NCBI GenBank assembly: GCA_036172245.1
Contig: JAYWIR010000006.1
Coordinates: forward strand, 992,001 to 1,056,000
DNA: 64,000 nucleotides
Source: Raillietiella orientalis
Lineage: Eukaryota
Direction: 5' to 3'
Part shown: positions 37,951-51,470 of the stretch, piece after piece
Position numbering within the stretch: the first letter of the stretch is position 1
How the letters are laid out: each line of letters starts with the position of its first letter
Position numbers and translations under genes: made by a program
The notes under the pieces: model-generated
The model's input: the letters and a program-made list of their open reading frames with translations, nothing else
Told to the model about the DNA's origin: nothing
The model's database searches: none

Positions 37951-40900
37951 CTACAAAAAGACCAGACTATATTATAAAGTTTCTTGTAAAATTTTAATAA
38001 TAAAAGCCCCGGCTTCTCCGTATGAAAAACTCCGAACAGTCTCCCACTATAGCCGTAAAAACTTGAAACTCCCTCCCACATTCTGAACTCACAATTCCGA
38101 CGACAGTCTTATTAATTTTCGTTCTTCCAAGAAATCAAATGGCGTTTTAAAGTGCTACATTAGAAACTTAGCTTGTCTCCCTTTTTAATCCAAAAAAGTG
38201 ACGCATTTTCGTATATAACTTCGTTTCAACTACTCCTCTCAACCCATTTTGCACCTCTCGTAACATATAAAACGGGAAAATATTATCTAAAGTAATTCCT
38301 TCATATTATATTCCTTTATTATTCAACTCATTCTTTAGATTCAGAAAATTCTAAAGAACTCTAGGAATGATACCCCATTCTAATCATTGTCTTTCAACAT
38401 CATCATCAATTTGAAATGAGTTTGATTTTTAACCTGAATCAGAATATATTTCTTTTTTTTTTTTCAGTATGAAAAAACTAATTCACTTCTGCGCGAATCG
38501 TTCCTTTACTGCGCACCTTAACAAAATAACTTCTCTCCTATATTGCACTTTGAATCATCGCCCATGTACTAAGAGGACTTATGTGTTCTCTAACAAACGT
38601 TCTGTCCTATTCTCTTTGCATCATTAGAAAAAAATAATGTTCTAGCTGATATTCCCGTTCTTCATGTCTTCTAATTAGGAAATCACATCTGTACATCCTA
38701 GCCGAATTGCATCTCAGCTCCGATCTTTGCAAGCATTCTGAAACCATGGCTCCCACACATTGCTCATTCAGCAATCACATTAGATCAAAGAGAATATCGT
38801 CTATTTAAAATAGAAAATATGTCATAATAAGAAAATCTGAAAACAGGTCATCTCCATCTATGATGAGAATTGCTAGAAACGGCATTGTTTCTGCTCCAAG
38901 ACTGCAGCTTTTGACCGTTCCCTCTTCAAAGGTACGTCCACTAAAAATTTTAGCGTAAAGTCAAGCAGATTAAGATGACATCTTTCCTCTCCCTTGGTTC
39001 CAACACGATAATCGATATTTGTTGATTCAAATAACCACTTTTTTTCAATGCCATCGCTTAACTTCATTCGAACCATTTGTTTCATCAACTTGGAAGGTCA
39101 CAAAATATTTTCTCTTACCATCAAAAATTCTGATTACAGAACTCTTTTTGTCATGACTCTCATAATCTTTGAAGGAATTACCATCTTACTTTTATTCTAT
39201 TATACTCTCATTCTAAGCACATCTTCCCTTGATCAAATAGGAGGACATTTCTATTTCATCCAGCGGTGACTTCTGATCTGTGGTCAAATTTGAAAAATTC
39301 GGGAACTTCGTGGTATCCCCTAATAACTTATCTTGACATCCTTTTTCCATTTATGCATTGTTCTGAGCACTCAAGAGATTCCATTGATGAAAATTGCTAC
39401 CTAATTAGTGATCGTGGGAAAGCTTCAAAGAGGAATTTCCTTTCTAGATTGTGGTCTCGGCTTTAAAACTTGTGTGACAGTCTAATTCTTGAGGGACTGT
39501 CCATTTGTCATCCATGAGAGAGGTCCAAGGAGAGACTTTTGGAAGGATAGTTCACCTTGAAAGTGCCGTCTGGAGTCGGAAAATTTTAGATCCAAACCTG
39601 TGCGCTGTCTTCATCTGAAGCTAAAGAAAACTCTTTAGTTTTCTCAAATGAACGAAACGAATTAGAAGCATGCATCATGGACCAGAGTTTTGTTTCCTGA
39701 TTTCCTGTTTTGGGGAAAGATGCTTTCCTAATACTTCCATTAGCCATCTTGAAAGGTCCGAAATGGAATGCACAGTGCTTCCTTCTTTTCCAATCGTTAA
39801 TCACTTTCGTCTTCTCTCTTTGATTTAGATTCGGATAGCACTTTCAGCTTATCAACGAAGACTTCATGTCGAGTAGGCGGAGTAGACCACACTTTCTCCT
39901 CTTCCTGGATTTTAGAGGCATGCACCCAACAGACCGTGAGTTGAGGGAATGATATGCGTACTTCAGATGTGTAGAAGAACCCATGTTCTTCTGTCATCAA
40001 AAGCAATTGTTTGCCTCATTTCTTTCTCGAAGACACTTTCTGAGATCATAGAAGGTCTACTAGGAAACTTCGTGCTGCTTCGAATGTTTTCCACCGTTAT
40101 GACACCGCTACTCGGTAATGCTCTCTGCTACTGTTGCTGGTTCACCGCTTGTCCTTGTGGAAGATGGTGAGATGGATGCCGATTCGACGACAAATCGCCG
40201 ATTCTGAAATCTCTGCGCATCACTTTTTGCCTTTAATCTCTAACGTGAGCTCATCCCCATAGATTGCTTTCCATCAGAAGATACAGAGATACGATCCAAG
40301 TGCCAAGTACCTGAAAGTTCCTCAGATCTGACAAGTCTTACGGTAAGGACAAAGAATGGTTTTGTTTCCCTGTTTTCGTTGGTTCTCCGTCATTCACTCC
40401 GTGCCATTACATACTGATCCAGTTCTGACTCCCTGGATCCAAGTCCGGCTTGCCCACAATCATTGATCAACTTCTGCAGAAAGACGGTTTTCCACCCACG
40501 GAGGCAAGTCATTCGGCAACTGAATCAAAGAAGCGATCAAGCGCTGCTCATGAGCCACTTTTCTGGCCATTCATTTGTTGGGCACACTTGAAGCAGCATG
40601 AAGAGTCTATGCCTTTTCGCATGTCTGCTGGGATTCAGAGGACACGTGTACACTTTGACGGCCGAGAGCTCGATATTTCGAATTACTCCGTTCCCCCTGG
40701 AGCATGAGGTTTCAGAGATTCTTCTATCTACACGTTGGGTCAGTTCTGAGACGTTCATCTTGAGAAAGTTACGACAAAGTTTTCCTTCCTCGAGCCCATA
40801 TGAACAAGTGCGGTCAGAACAAGATTGCAATCATACAAAGGACTGGACTGGTATTCCTTCTTTCGCATTAGCATCGTTCATCTGATTTCAAAGAACTGTC

Positions 40901-43399
40901 TGAGGACAATGCTGACCCTCCATCCAAACATGCCATGCCACCTTAAGAGGAAAAATAGGCCAGAGGGAACACAAATGGAATCTGCATATATATATATATA
41001 TAGTCTCCTGGCAGTTTCCCATGGTAGAAGCGTCCATGAATCCCTGCGGCCTTCTCACAAGCCAAATACTTTTTGCTACTATTGAGAAGAAAAGGCTTGG
41101 GGTCATCTGCACTGGGAATTCCTGCCGCCGAGGAAGTCCTCGTGGATGGTAAAAAAAAATTCTCTAACTCAGGTCTTCAGTTGGAACAAAAATTTTGTAT
41201 CCTTGCAAGTCAAAACATAATCTGACAAAAGAGATTCTTGAATTTGATGATCTGCACGGCAATCATTTGAATCCGAAGCTTCGAAATCGCCATAGTTTTG
41301 CTTCAAGTTTTGCTCTCGCTTTAATTTGCTTTTCCCTCATCATTTTCCTTTATTTACGCATTTTGCATGCCAAATTTCTCATGCTAAAAATCCCTAATTG
41401 AAGATAGGATGCGTGGAAACCTGATTGCAGCATGAGCCACCATGTCATCTGCACCGAGGCGACAAATCAACTCAGAAAAATTTCCAAACCTCTGGCCATT
41501 ATTATAAGTGGTTTGGGAGAATTGGAAATGAACTGTTGAGATCTTCAGGAGCAATTCAGCAGAGGCTAGGAAAACCTCCTCTTTGATGCTCTGTACTATT
41601 TCTATTCTTCTGCTTTGAATTCCACTTTGTAACTGTTTCGCTACTTATTTGGTACAGTCGCTCGAATCTGTCCGAACTTGGCCCAATTACAGAGAGGATA
41701 GGAAGGGACGACCTCCCACTTCGGTAATTTTCTTCAAGAAGAAGAAAAATAAGGAGCGCGTGCTTTCCATCAGTGCCATGTTGATCCTAAATATTGAGTT
41801 CCGGAAAGAAATGATGCGCAAATCGAGTCTGAGGATTTTTCATCCACCATCAGTATCAGGATGAAAAGCAGAAGAAACCAAGAAGAAGGGTGGGAAACAT
41901 GGCTTAGCAACTTGAAAGTTCTGTGCATTTTACTGTTGCAAACTACACAAATTTATATAATTTATAACTGATTTCTATGCTCCAAAAAGTGTTAAGAAGT
42001 ACTTAGCTAGAAGTGCAATATTTTCAGTTTGTCACATACCATTATCCCTATGTTCACAATGGTTACTAAGTTATCTTACAGATGGCTCGGATTGGTTCGC
42101 TTGAAAGCTTTCGTCACCGTTGGAAAAGTTTTATTGTCGTAGTAATTTTGCTGCGTCGGGTTTTACTCTCGTTTTACCAGTGTACAGTGAATGTTTGGAG
42201 AGGAGTGCAATCAGTAATGGTGAAGGATCTTTTCTTCAGGCCATCGTGTAGGTTCGAGTCTCTAGGCGGGGCTGCATTCTTCGGTGACTTGCCTACCGCG
42301 GCCAGCGGCCCAACCTATTCAGCCGATATATTTGTGTCGAATGCTGGATGGTTGAACACACCAATTTCTCTTCTCAAGTTCTCTACTTGGGCGCGTGGGA
42401 TCTTCAGCACTTCGTTATTCCTTGCATCCCAAGTTTGCTTTTCCTTACTCTTCCTGCATCCTCCAGAGTCATCAGTATCAGGCAGAAGGTGTGAGCACGA
42501 TGACTCGCTCCTTCCCTCGCAGAGCCAAGTCGGAGTGGAGCTCTCAATATCTACTCTAGGTCATCGGTTGGTGGAAAGCCGCAAGGTCTCAGTGCTTTTC
42601 AGTACCTCTTTTGATGTGGTCTGCTGAGTCATGATGGTGAAAAATTGAAGCGCGAAAACACGTGACGATTGGAGGCGTCGTACGCCCTTTATCGAACTTG
42701 AATGCGGTGGGTCTCTGAAGAGCGTGTGACCCGGTCCCTTAAGAATCAAGACAGCAATCAATTCATAAAAAGAGTTTGATACTTCGGAAAATTCCCCTTC
42801 ATCGCTTGCTTACCACCTCCCCTCCCTCCACCTTCATCAATATGTATTGCTAAAACCAATTGTAAATAAAATTACTGATGATCCAACCATCCTACGCTCC
42901 TTGCCAAAGAATGCCGTGCTTCGCTGTTCTGGACCGGAGCTGGTGTTGAATTTCCGCTTCTCATGATGGTGATGTGAACACTAACGGTTATCTCGATTCT
43001 TGTCCGAAGGCTTAGTTCACCTGCTTCCAGCTGGGAAGCATTGCCTGACCACTCGTTCTCGGAACCCGTCATATGGGGAACCTCTTGCAGAGAAAGTCGT
43101 TCCCTGTCGCTGAGGTCTAGGCAGGCAGGTTTAGCTTAGGTTGCAGCAATCAACATCTCCAGAAGAGTCTTGTTCTCTAGGTCTTCTGCTGCTGCTATTT
43201 TCCCACCCTCTTACTACTCCTTGGAAGCTTCGGGAACAGGCTTGAGCACTGCTTTCGTAGTCGGATAGAAGCTTTGACGGAAGCAGGGAGAGGACAGAAT
43301 TAGCAAAGATTCAGAGCTGTCTGAAGCTGCGGAGCAGAAAGGGCGAGGAGATCGGTAGGTACCGCCAACTATCTAGTGGGGGAGACCATTAGGAAACTC

Positions 43400-44480
43400 C
43401 AGCATAGAGCCTGCTGTTCTCCACCCTTGCATGCTACTCCGCTAAGATTCAAGGAGCAGCCACTGCGTGTCGCTGCTCTTCATGGCTGCTGAACATCCCC
43501 GACAAAACCACGAATCTCCTTCCCGAGGGGAGCCGTACCACTTCAACAGAGTCAGCTTGATGACCGTGAGCAGCTAATTCTTTACGCGTCCAGCAGAGAT
43601 CCACCTCCCCCCGGAGCTCGACGACGCAGCTTCTGCAGAAGGGATGCACAATTTGAGCAAGAGGAACAGCATCACGCACTCAGAAAGGTGCACCTCGAGA
43701 GAGAATCCAGAGATAACGTCACCGAAAAGTCTGACATCACTTTTCAAAGCGCGAAAGATTAGTGCCAAGAGCGGTGTGGTTCTCCATGCCAACGAACGTT
43801 GCCGAATGCCGGGTTCCGATGAAAGGCATCAAAGATCACAGCAGAAATGAGGACGTGGCAACGTTACGGCGCTGCAAGTGTTGCAATGATGTTGCGTGAA
43901 AGCGTTGATGCGGATGCTGAGGCACGCAGCATAACAGACGGCAGCAGAAGCTTACGTTCGGTTTGCCCAAGAACTGACGGCATTGGCAAACAGTAAATTG
44001 CGAGTCTTGGGGGGAGGGGGGGACGCATCCCTGATATTTGGAGGAACGAACGAACGCATGCAATTTTATGAAAAGGTTGTAAACAAACGCCGTGCTACGT
44101 TCCCTTAAAACAGGAAAATGGAAAACGGCAGCGTGCTCGTAACGGACGCGCTCCGTAGGTGGAAAAACACAATAGAAAAACATGCCAGCCCTAAAAACAC
44201 TCGATGAGGTGGCAGCACCGGCAATGACCACCACGAATCAACGGCGAGCACACTGCAGGTGAAAGAGGGTCCCTCTCGACAACTATTTGGCAGAGAAGCG
44301 TTGACTGCCCCAACACTGTCGAGGATTCTCCAGCATGTGACGCCTGGATGCGAGTTCTTCACTGCTATGACAAAGATGATCGGAAAGGAATTCATTCGAG
44401 CACGTACTGCACTCCAGCGGCTCCATAACTTCACTGAGAAGACGTCCTTGTCTATGCGTTTTTCCAGCCGTTGAATAGAA
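43400..44480. mobile_element. Possible further L2-like LINE 3' remnants in a moderately GC-rich patch
   Basis: 'VVRLPSGRRF' (-, ~43510-43545) resembles the L2 LPSGRRY motif; 'KEFIRARTALQRLHNF' (+, ~44385-44432) weakly resembles RART.R..NSF. Confidence 0.3.
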
Positions 44481-45253
44481 AAACCATTTAATACAAAGTT
44501 TCACTTGAAGGCTGACTATGCGAAGGTTACCGGGAGCCTGAATGTACCGTAAATTAAAGGTGCCACAGGAGTTGTGCCAGCACATTCGGGAGTCTCTCTC
44601 CACGGTTGACCGTACGCTATCGATATAATGGAATTACCCACACAAATTCGAAAAACACGAATTCTCGTACAACGATCCGACTGGTCCCAGAAAATATCAA
44701 AATTATAATAGCTCATACCATGTGCTAACCGGGAAATCTTTCGCATGCCAAACAATATGAACACAAAGTTCGAAAATCTCATTTTAAATGTTTTGAATCC
44801 CGGAAATTATTTTGGATTCGGCTGAAAAGTACTAGATGTTGCCATCTCCATGCTAATCGGCTCATTTTCCAGCAAACAAGCATATCTGAGCGTTAAGTGT
44901 ATCAACACCGAATCATTATTTCCCAAAGCACTGCTTCATATTTTCGTACGTGAAATTCTTTCATAGCCTCGGCAGATGGAGAGAAGTCAAACCAATCGAA
45001 CTATGAATCGCACCGGCGAAAACGGCTGCTGCAGGGCAAGCTGTGGACAGAACGTGAGAAAGTTTGTGTGATGGCTAAGAACTGATTTATTTGCAGAAAA
45101 TACTAAAATGAAAACCAAAGTAAAATTAAAACAATATATTACTTAATAGTACATAAATATCATCAAAGGGATAAAATATAATCTTCGATCAACATGATTA
45201 CCATCCTGTATAGCATCGGAAAATTTAAGACATCTCATATGTAAACCAGACAT

Positions 45254-48200
45254 TCATTTCTTGAACCTATTCTTTATAAACTTAAGAGTCTTCTGCATAA
45301 GTGGAGCCACTTTAGCCTTTTTGGGAGCTAAAAGGCAGTCAAGTCCAAAATTTCAAAAAGCATACATACATGCAACCATGCTCCAGCATGCTTTTGTCAA
45401 TGAAGTCTTCACATTTTCTGCCATCAGTTTGCTGTTGGTTGATACTAGGCCACCATCAAAATTGTCATGGCTGGCAAATTTTGCTGAAGGACCTGTTAGC
45501 ATATTGTGCTTGATCTGCACACAATTATTAACACAAATTCCATCAACATATTAAAAGATGTTTTGGAAATTTCCTTAAATTACCTGCTGCCTGACAATAT
45601 TCCGTGGTGGTTTGACCACGCCATCAACATAAGCTAACTTAATCCGCCTTGCAGGAACGGCGGCAGCACGTGACTGCATTATATTTTCAGTTAATACTTT
45701 CAAACGTGCTTCTTCTTCATCTTTGCATCTCTAAAAGATAAGAATATCTTGTTTCGATGAAGGTCATAAACTCACAAAATAAGTTTCTCTCCATGATTCA
45801 AATTCTTCTCTTTTTCCATTTTTAAAAAACTTATTGCAGTGTTTTTCCCATAATTCATCTGTATCTTGTACTAAATATGGGTTATAATATTCAAGGAATT
45901 CCAACTGCTCTGGAGTAGCAATTTTTAAAATAGGCAACAAAATATCAAATGGGACTCCACCAGTATATTCTATGCCTGGAAAAAAAAAAAAAACAGGAAC
46001 ATCTACCACTTTTCGTTAGTTTTACTTGCCATTTATGTTTTCCTGTAATACTTTAATGCATAAATCCAGCAAGGATGGCACATTAAGATGATAGCACTTG
46101 TTACCTGAATATACCTTGGTCCTTAAATGATAACACATAAAAGCATAAATTCCATTCGTGCTTTTGACAAACAACCACAATATTTAATATGCTCATTGAT
46201 AATAAACACAATAAATAATCAGTTTAAAGAATCAATAGGAATAAAGCGATACACTGAAATTCTAATTACATCTAATCACCAACTTACTTAACTATGATAC
46301 CTTTCTTTTACTAATTGATAATTAATAAATACTGACATACCTGACATGTTTGGCAGCAATCAAATTATGAAGTACCTCTTCCTCATCAATCTTAAACTTG
46401 GGTCGAACTTTTACATCCACTGGTGGGGGCAGTGGTTTATAATTCGGATCGATTTGAGGTAAATGTATACTATTCTGTAAATTTGGGGCTTTCTTTTTTA
46501 CAGCAATGGTGCACTCTTCGATATTCTGAAAGTACGAAAATGTGTAACAAATGATTTCGAACAGATATTACATTAACCTGATTTATAACATCGTTATTTG
46601 CGGAATGTCTTGGGGGAACTGTATTCGAATTTTTCGACTTGGACTTCCTTTTACGCTTTGGCTGTTTAAGTACAAAATCACTATTTTGAATGGCGTCATC
46701 GAAACTGCAAACTGGATTGGCAGAAACGTTTTGCTCACTATAGTTCGTATAAGTTTCCGTTTTCTTTGAATTTGATATGTCCTTTGCAAGCTTGCTATCA
46801 TTCCTGCTTTTACACATCACCTGGTTTTCAAATCCCTGATTGCAAGCATCACCTTCATGAAGATTCATAGTTTTATTATAGGATACATTTTCTTGGACTT
46901 CTGACATTTTCGTTTCTCTTTCATTGTAAGATTCACTGCACTCCTTATCATAAGACTGCATGTCAATTTCCATTTTAAAGTCATCATCATCCACATAATC
47001 TCCTGCATCATAACTGCTGGGCTTAAGAGCAGATTCCCTCTTTGAAGAAAGGACTAAAGGCTCGTACATATCAGTCTGTTTATGATATGTGGTACAATCC
47101 TTTGTACTGTTTTTTCTATTCGTTTGGACCTGATTATTTTTAACTTTAGAGTATTTCTCAATATCTCTTTTTAAATTATGACTATTATTAACATTTAATG
47201 AACTATTTACACTACTTTTTGAAGTGGCAATACAGTGCTCGGAAGCAGCAACAACAGCTTTCCACTTATAAACCAACTCTCTTGCCTAAAATTGCAAAAA
47301 GCAATCCATTATTTTTCTTATGATCTCCAGAGCATAAAATACGAAACAAAACATCAAAACAATGAACAATGGCTAATGAACTATGATGTCATGCATGCAT
47401 GCATCAGCGCTAGGTTTACTAAGGTTGCTAAATATGGATGCATCAATTTAAAACACCAAAAATACACTTATAGGCATGTGAAAAATAATCAACATGGTAC
47501 CTAAATACAAAATATGTAGTGAGTTGAAACAAGGAATGAATTGTCAAATTTTACTAAATTTGGGTATTTGCAGCTCTTACACAAACACAGTGAACTATGA
47601 GCATCTTGATCGGTAAAACAAAACCACTAATTAATTTGTAAATAAAAATCATTGAACACCGGTATCATGGATCATTTCAAGATTAATTGCTAATGACCAA
47701 GCCAATCTTAGGTATAGAAATGTCATCAAAAATAAAAACTTTAAAATGTAGATTTGATATGGAGATCTTTGTATTTAGTTCAATAGAAGTTTAGATACAT
47801 TTTTTAATATCACCTAAAGTATTGGGTGCAAGTAGCTACAAAAACCATCAGTTAATGATTCCTACCCTTAAATTTTTCAAAGTTCACAGAGCTCCAATTC
47901 AAGACATTAATGATTTCAAAACAAGGAAAAGTGGATGAAGACCCATCACTGTAAATTCAATGATCAATGCTAGTACACTTTGCATCATCATATCAACCAT
48001 AGCCTCCAATATTACTTCTTTATTTCCATTGTGAGAAAGAACAACAATATTACGACAACCCATATAACAAAATCATTAGAATGTTTTTTTTTTTTCCATG
48101 GAAATAGTCCATTTTTAGAAACTGTAATACACTTTCCTTCTTCCCAGATACTTGTTCCCTTACACAATTAATACAGTTCAGAAAAAATACTCAAGAAAGT

Positions 48201-51200
48201 ACTTCAAGAAATCTGAGATGAAAACTTAACGAAACAATCGTGTCATTCATGCGTACATCTTGAAACCTCATTACGATACAGCAAAAGCTTTTGATAATGA
48301 TGTATAACACAGATCTATAAGACCTAATACTGATTATGTAACCCTATATGTATTCCTGTGATCTTTTCCTTGATTGATTTTAATTTGATTAGTTACATTA
48401 AGATATTAAAACTTTAAAACTTTGATTTTGTTCTCTAGGAATTAGTAAACATCACATAGACATAATTTTAACAAACTATATGCAACAGATTTCTAATGTG
48501 AACGATTAAAAAACATGTTTAGCACAATCACAAAAACGGTACGAATGATTCTGCTAAAATAATGTTAAAATCGATGAAGAACTTGCCAATGGTTTGTTAC
48601 AGTACTTATTCCTGAACATATTTGAGTTTTTGTCTCTTCACTTGATTAATTGCACTAAAGAATCTGTTTAAGAAAAAAGGATTCAAAATACTCTCTTAGA
48701 TGATGGGCTAATAACTGAAAGTAATTCTACTCTACACTTAAAACAAACATTTCCTACTTAGAACATTTGATCAACATCTTGGAAACCATGCAATCACACT
48801 CATATGTGTATCATGACAAACACATCAAAATCTAACATATGTGAAAACCATTAAGTCACAACTCATGATCTAACTCTATAAACTTTAAAATACCAAATTC
48901 AGAATTCGAAATCTCAACTCAGATCCTGTTAAACACAAATTTCAATCTTAATTCATTTTTGCAATGAATATATGTTATTTTTCGATGGAAATCAAATGCA
49001 AAAATCAACAGCATTTAAGATACCAAAATGAAAGTTTCAATCAATTATTTTTTAAATGAAATCATTTTAACTGTCCTCAGTAAGAACAACCAAGGTGCTG
49101 TTGTTGTTGTTTTTCTTCTGAATAACCAACATACACAAGAATTCCATAAAACATATGAATCAAATATAAACAATCATGAACTGTATTACATACACGGTAC
49201 TTATTTGTAGCCCTATACAATGAAAAGGTAGTGGTTTACTATACCTTCATTTTACAATGTCCCATGCTTTTATTTGGTGTATAAAGGCGATTTTTCGGCA
49301 AAATATGTATGGTACCATAAAAAATACAAGTTATTCTTCCTTTTGTAATAAGTTCTTTGCCTTTACTTAAAAGGTACAAGAAACTTACTGCTCAATGTAT
49401 CAACGGATTCATTATGATAAATCCTTATATAGATGGCGTTGTAATAACGTTTCCCTTTATTCTAGGAAACCAAAATTAAAACAAGACCCTGAATTGAAAA
49501 CCTCCGATAAGCAGAAGACATAAGATCAGGGCAAACCAATCAGATGACTTGCAGTAAATAGTGAAGAAGATGAATCTATTGAAAATTTTTCACATATTTA
49601 TACTATTAATTATACAGAAAATTTTCAATGAATAGATCTGAAATTTAGAAATAATTATGACTGAAAATTCGAGCGTAGCCATCAGGATGAAAAATTATTC
49701 CTTGCAAGAATGAAATCTGATTTGTGATTAAAATTGGTATGATAATACATACTTAGAATATAATATAATGGACAAGAGGATTTCTGTAATCAAGAAAAAT
49801 TGCGAACATGACGGTGGTTTTAAGATGATAGAAAATTCATTTCTAATTTGAGGTGTAAAGATCAAAACAGTACTGACAAAACAGTAGTGTAAGACTACAA
49901 TACCAAAATCGAAAACCCTACTAGAAAGAAAACTGTTCTGAGAATTTTAATTTTGTTTAAAGAAATTATACCTCCTTTATAAATGTATTAAATTGACAGT
50001 TCAGAAAAGAAGAAAGGTATTTTGGATCCTGGATTTATGTTTTAGTTTAGTATTCATTTTCATGTACAGGTTGAACAATCAGCATCCATTCTTCTAACAT
50101 ATATCAATTTCCTGATACATAACTAACTGGTACCAACACAAACTATGCAAAATGCTGTGATCAACAGTCTAATTAAAAAAAATGCAATTTCCTTTAGTTT
50201 CTTTTAGTATTTTTTATTTGCTTAAATTTTTTGGTTTGCTATCATTTCCATCACCAATGTTCATAAAATAACACCACAAGACATCAATGATACCCAATTT
50301 TTTATCAGATCTTGGCATGGGCAATGCCATTAATTAATTTCATTGCTAGTCTAAGTTCTTCCAGTTAACAACATTTTATCAAATTTGCCTTGCTGCTTCC
50401 CCAATCAATAAAGCAGAAAAAGATAATGAACTTCTTGAGTACAACTAAGTTTTTCTGCTGCTGTTACTGTGTCAATATTTCATATTTCATACTTTCCATT
50501 CAATTCTTGTCACAATCTTTTCTATTGCCCCAGAATTGCTTTATCTTGACGTTCATTAATTCTCTTGAAACACATTTGGGTATCATGGCCATTTCTCTAA
50601 AAGTAGCATTTTTTCCACTAGTTCATTTATGTTCACTAATGTAAATGCTGATGAGCCTACTGAGGTGCAGCAAAATGATATCACACAAGATGTTGGTGCT
50701 AACTCCACATGTGAAATATATTGAAATTAATTCATTTCATTTCAATATATTTTCACATATCTGACTAAAGAACCCATATTATTGATACCACATCATGCTA
50801 GTGCATTTCAATTTATTCAATGTGCTTTTGCATCTGAATGATTGATTCTTTCTGCATCAGTGCACAGTTCACATTTGCATACTTTTTGGCAATTAAAAAA
50901 AAGGCTCAAGTGATCATATCTTTACCCAGGGATTACATATGTCAACTTTGAATCTAAAATAGTTTTCATGAAACAGTTTACTAATCTGCCTAACTTTTGC
51001 TCCACTTTAGTTTTATTATTCAAACAGATATTTGCTGATTATATTGATTATACTAATGCATTAAGACATTTGTTCTCTAAGCCCTCAATCTTTAAAAGTA
51101 CTACAATTACATTATACATACCATCTGTCCTACTTCACCATCGGTTTTTCGAAGTGCATTGATGACTCTTCCAATGCCAGTTACCTGCAAATGTTCAACC

Positions 51201-51470
51201 TTCATGGGTACTTTTCTTAGTCTTTCAAGATAATGGCACATCTGAAAAACAAAAACACAAAATGAATATTTGCATAACGAAATAAATTACACAACATATG
51301 ATATTGTAGGATACTGATGTGGGAAGGTGTGAACATTTTCTTTTAGCTATTAAAAAAAAAAATGGCAGCATCATAAAATGCAAGTTGTTTACCTTCTTCT
51401 GCTCTGGGTATCGTTCGATTTTCTTTTTATAATGTTCAATAAAATTCACTAAAGAGTCATCTTCATTCAT
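45254..51470 (-). CDS. ELOA: Elongin A (transcription elongation factor SIII subunit A), ~582 aa
   Basis: Exons 51470-51393, 51241-51122, 47285-46578 (or -46572), 46525-46341, 46121-46030, 45975-45776, 45730-45584, 45514-45370 and 45327-45254. Motifs: TFIIS-N-like LQVTGIGRVINALRK..GEVGQMARELVYKWK; LPQIDPNYKPLP; TKVYSG; BC-box VPSLLDLCIKVLQEN; GGVPFDIL.PIL..ATPEQL..LE.YNP.L..DTDELW..HC; C-terminal KVAPLMQKTLKFIKNRF. One intron is GC-AG. Confidence 0.95.

Larger units (their letters stand above)
35780..41500 (-). mobile_element. Ancient CR1-like LINE relic (endonuclease plus reverse transcriptase), split by the Tx1-like element
   Basis: Minus-strand remnants in the correct order: EPTKTGKQNHSLSL (~40350-40390; endonuclease PTR..LDL), W..NVLLFDQG (~39230-39265), LLDFTLKFLVDVP (~38930-38970; LDF.KAFD.V), TLFFSND (~38620-38640), YMGDDSK (38548-38568; FADD-like), YSGRL...FYKKL (~37970-38050), and IKWKRLHE (~35845-35868; WNxL) left of the younger insertion. 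Many stops; ends approximate. Confidence 0.6.

Noticed and set aside
44618..44625. TATCGATA (DRE promoter motif)
   Set aside because: Lies downstream of ELOA with no identifiable gene start nearby; a single 8-mer is expected by chance.
50648..50680. CTGATGA followed by a small stem as a hammerhead ribozyme; similar look at 37886-37906
   Set aside because: The required GAAA core and closing stems are missing.
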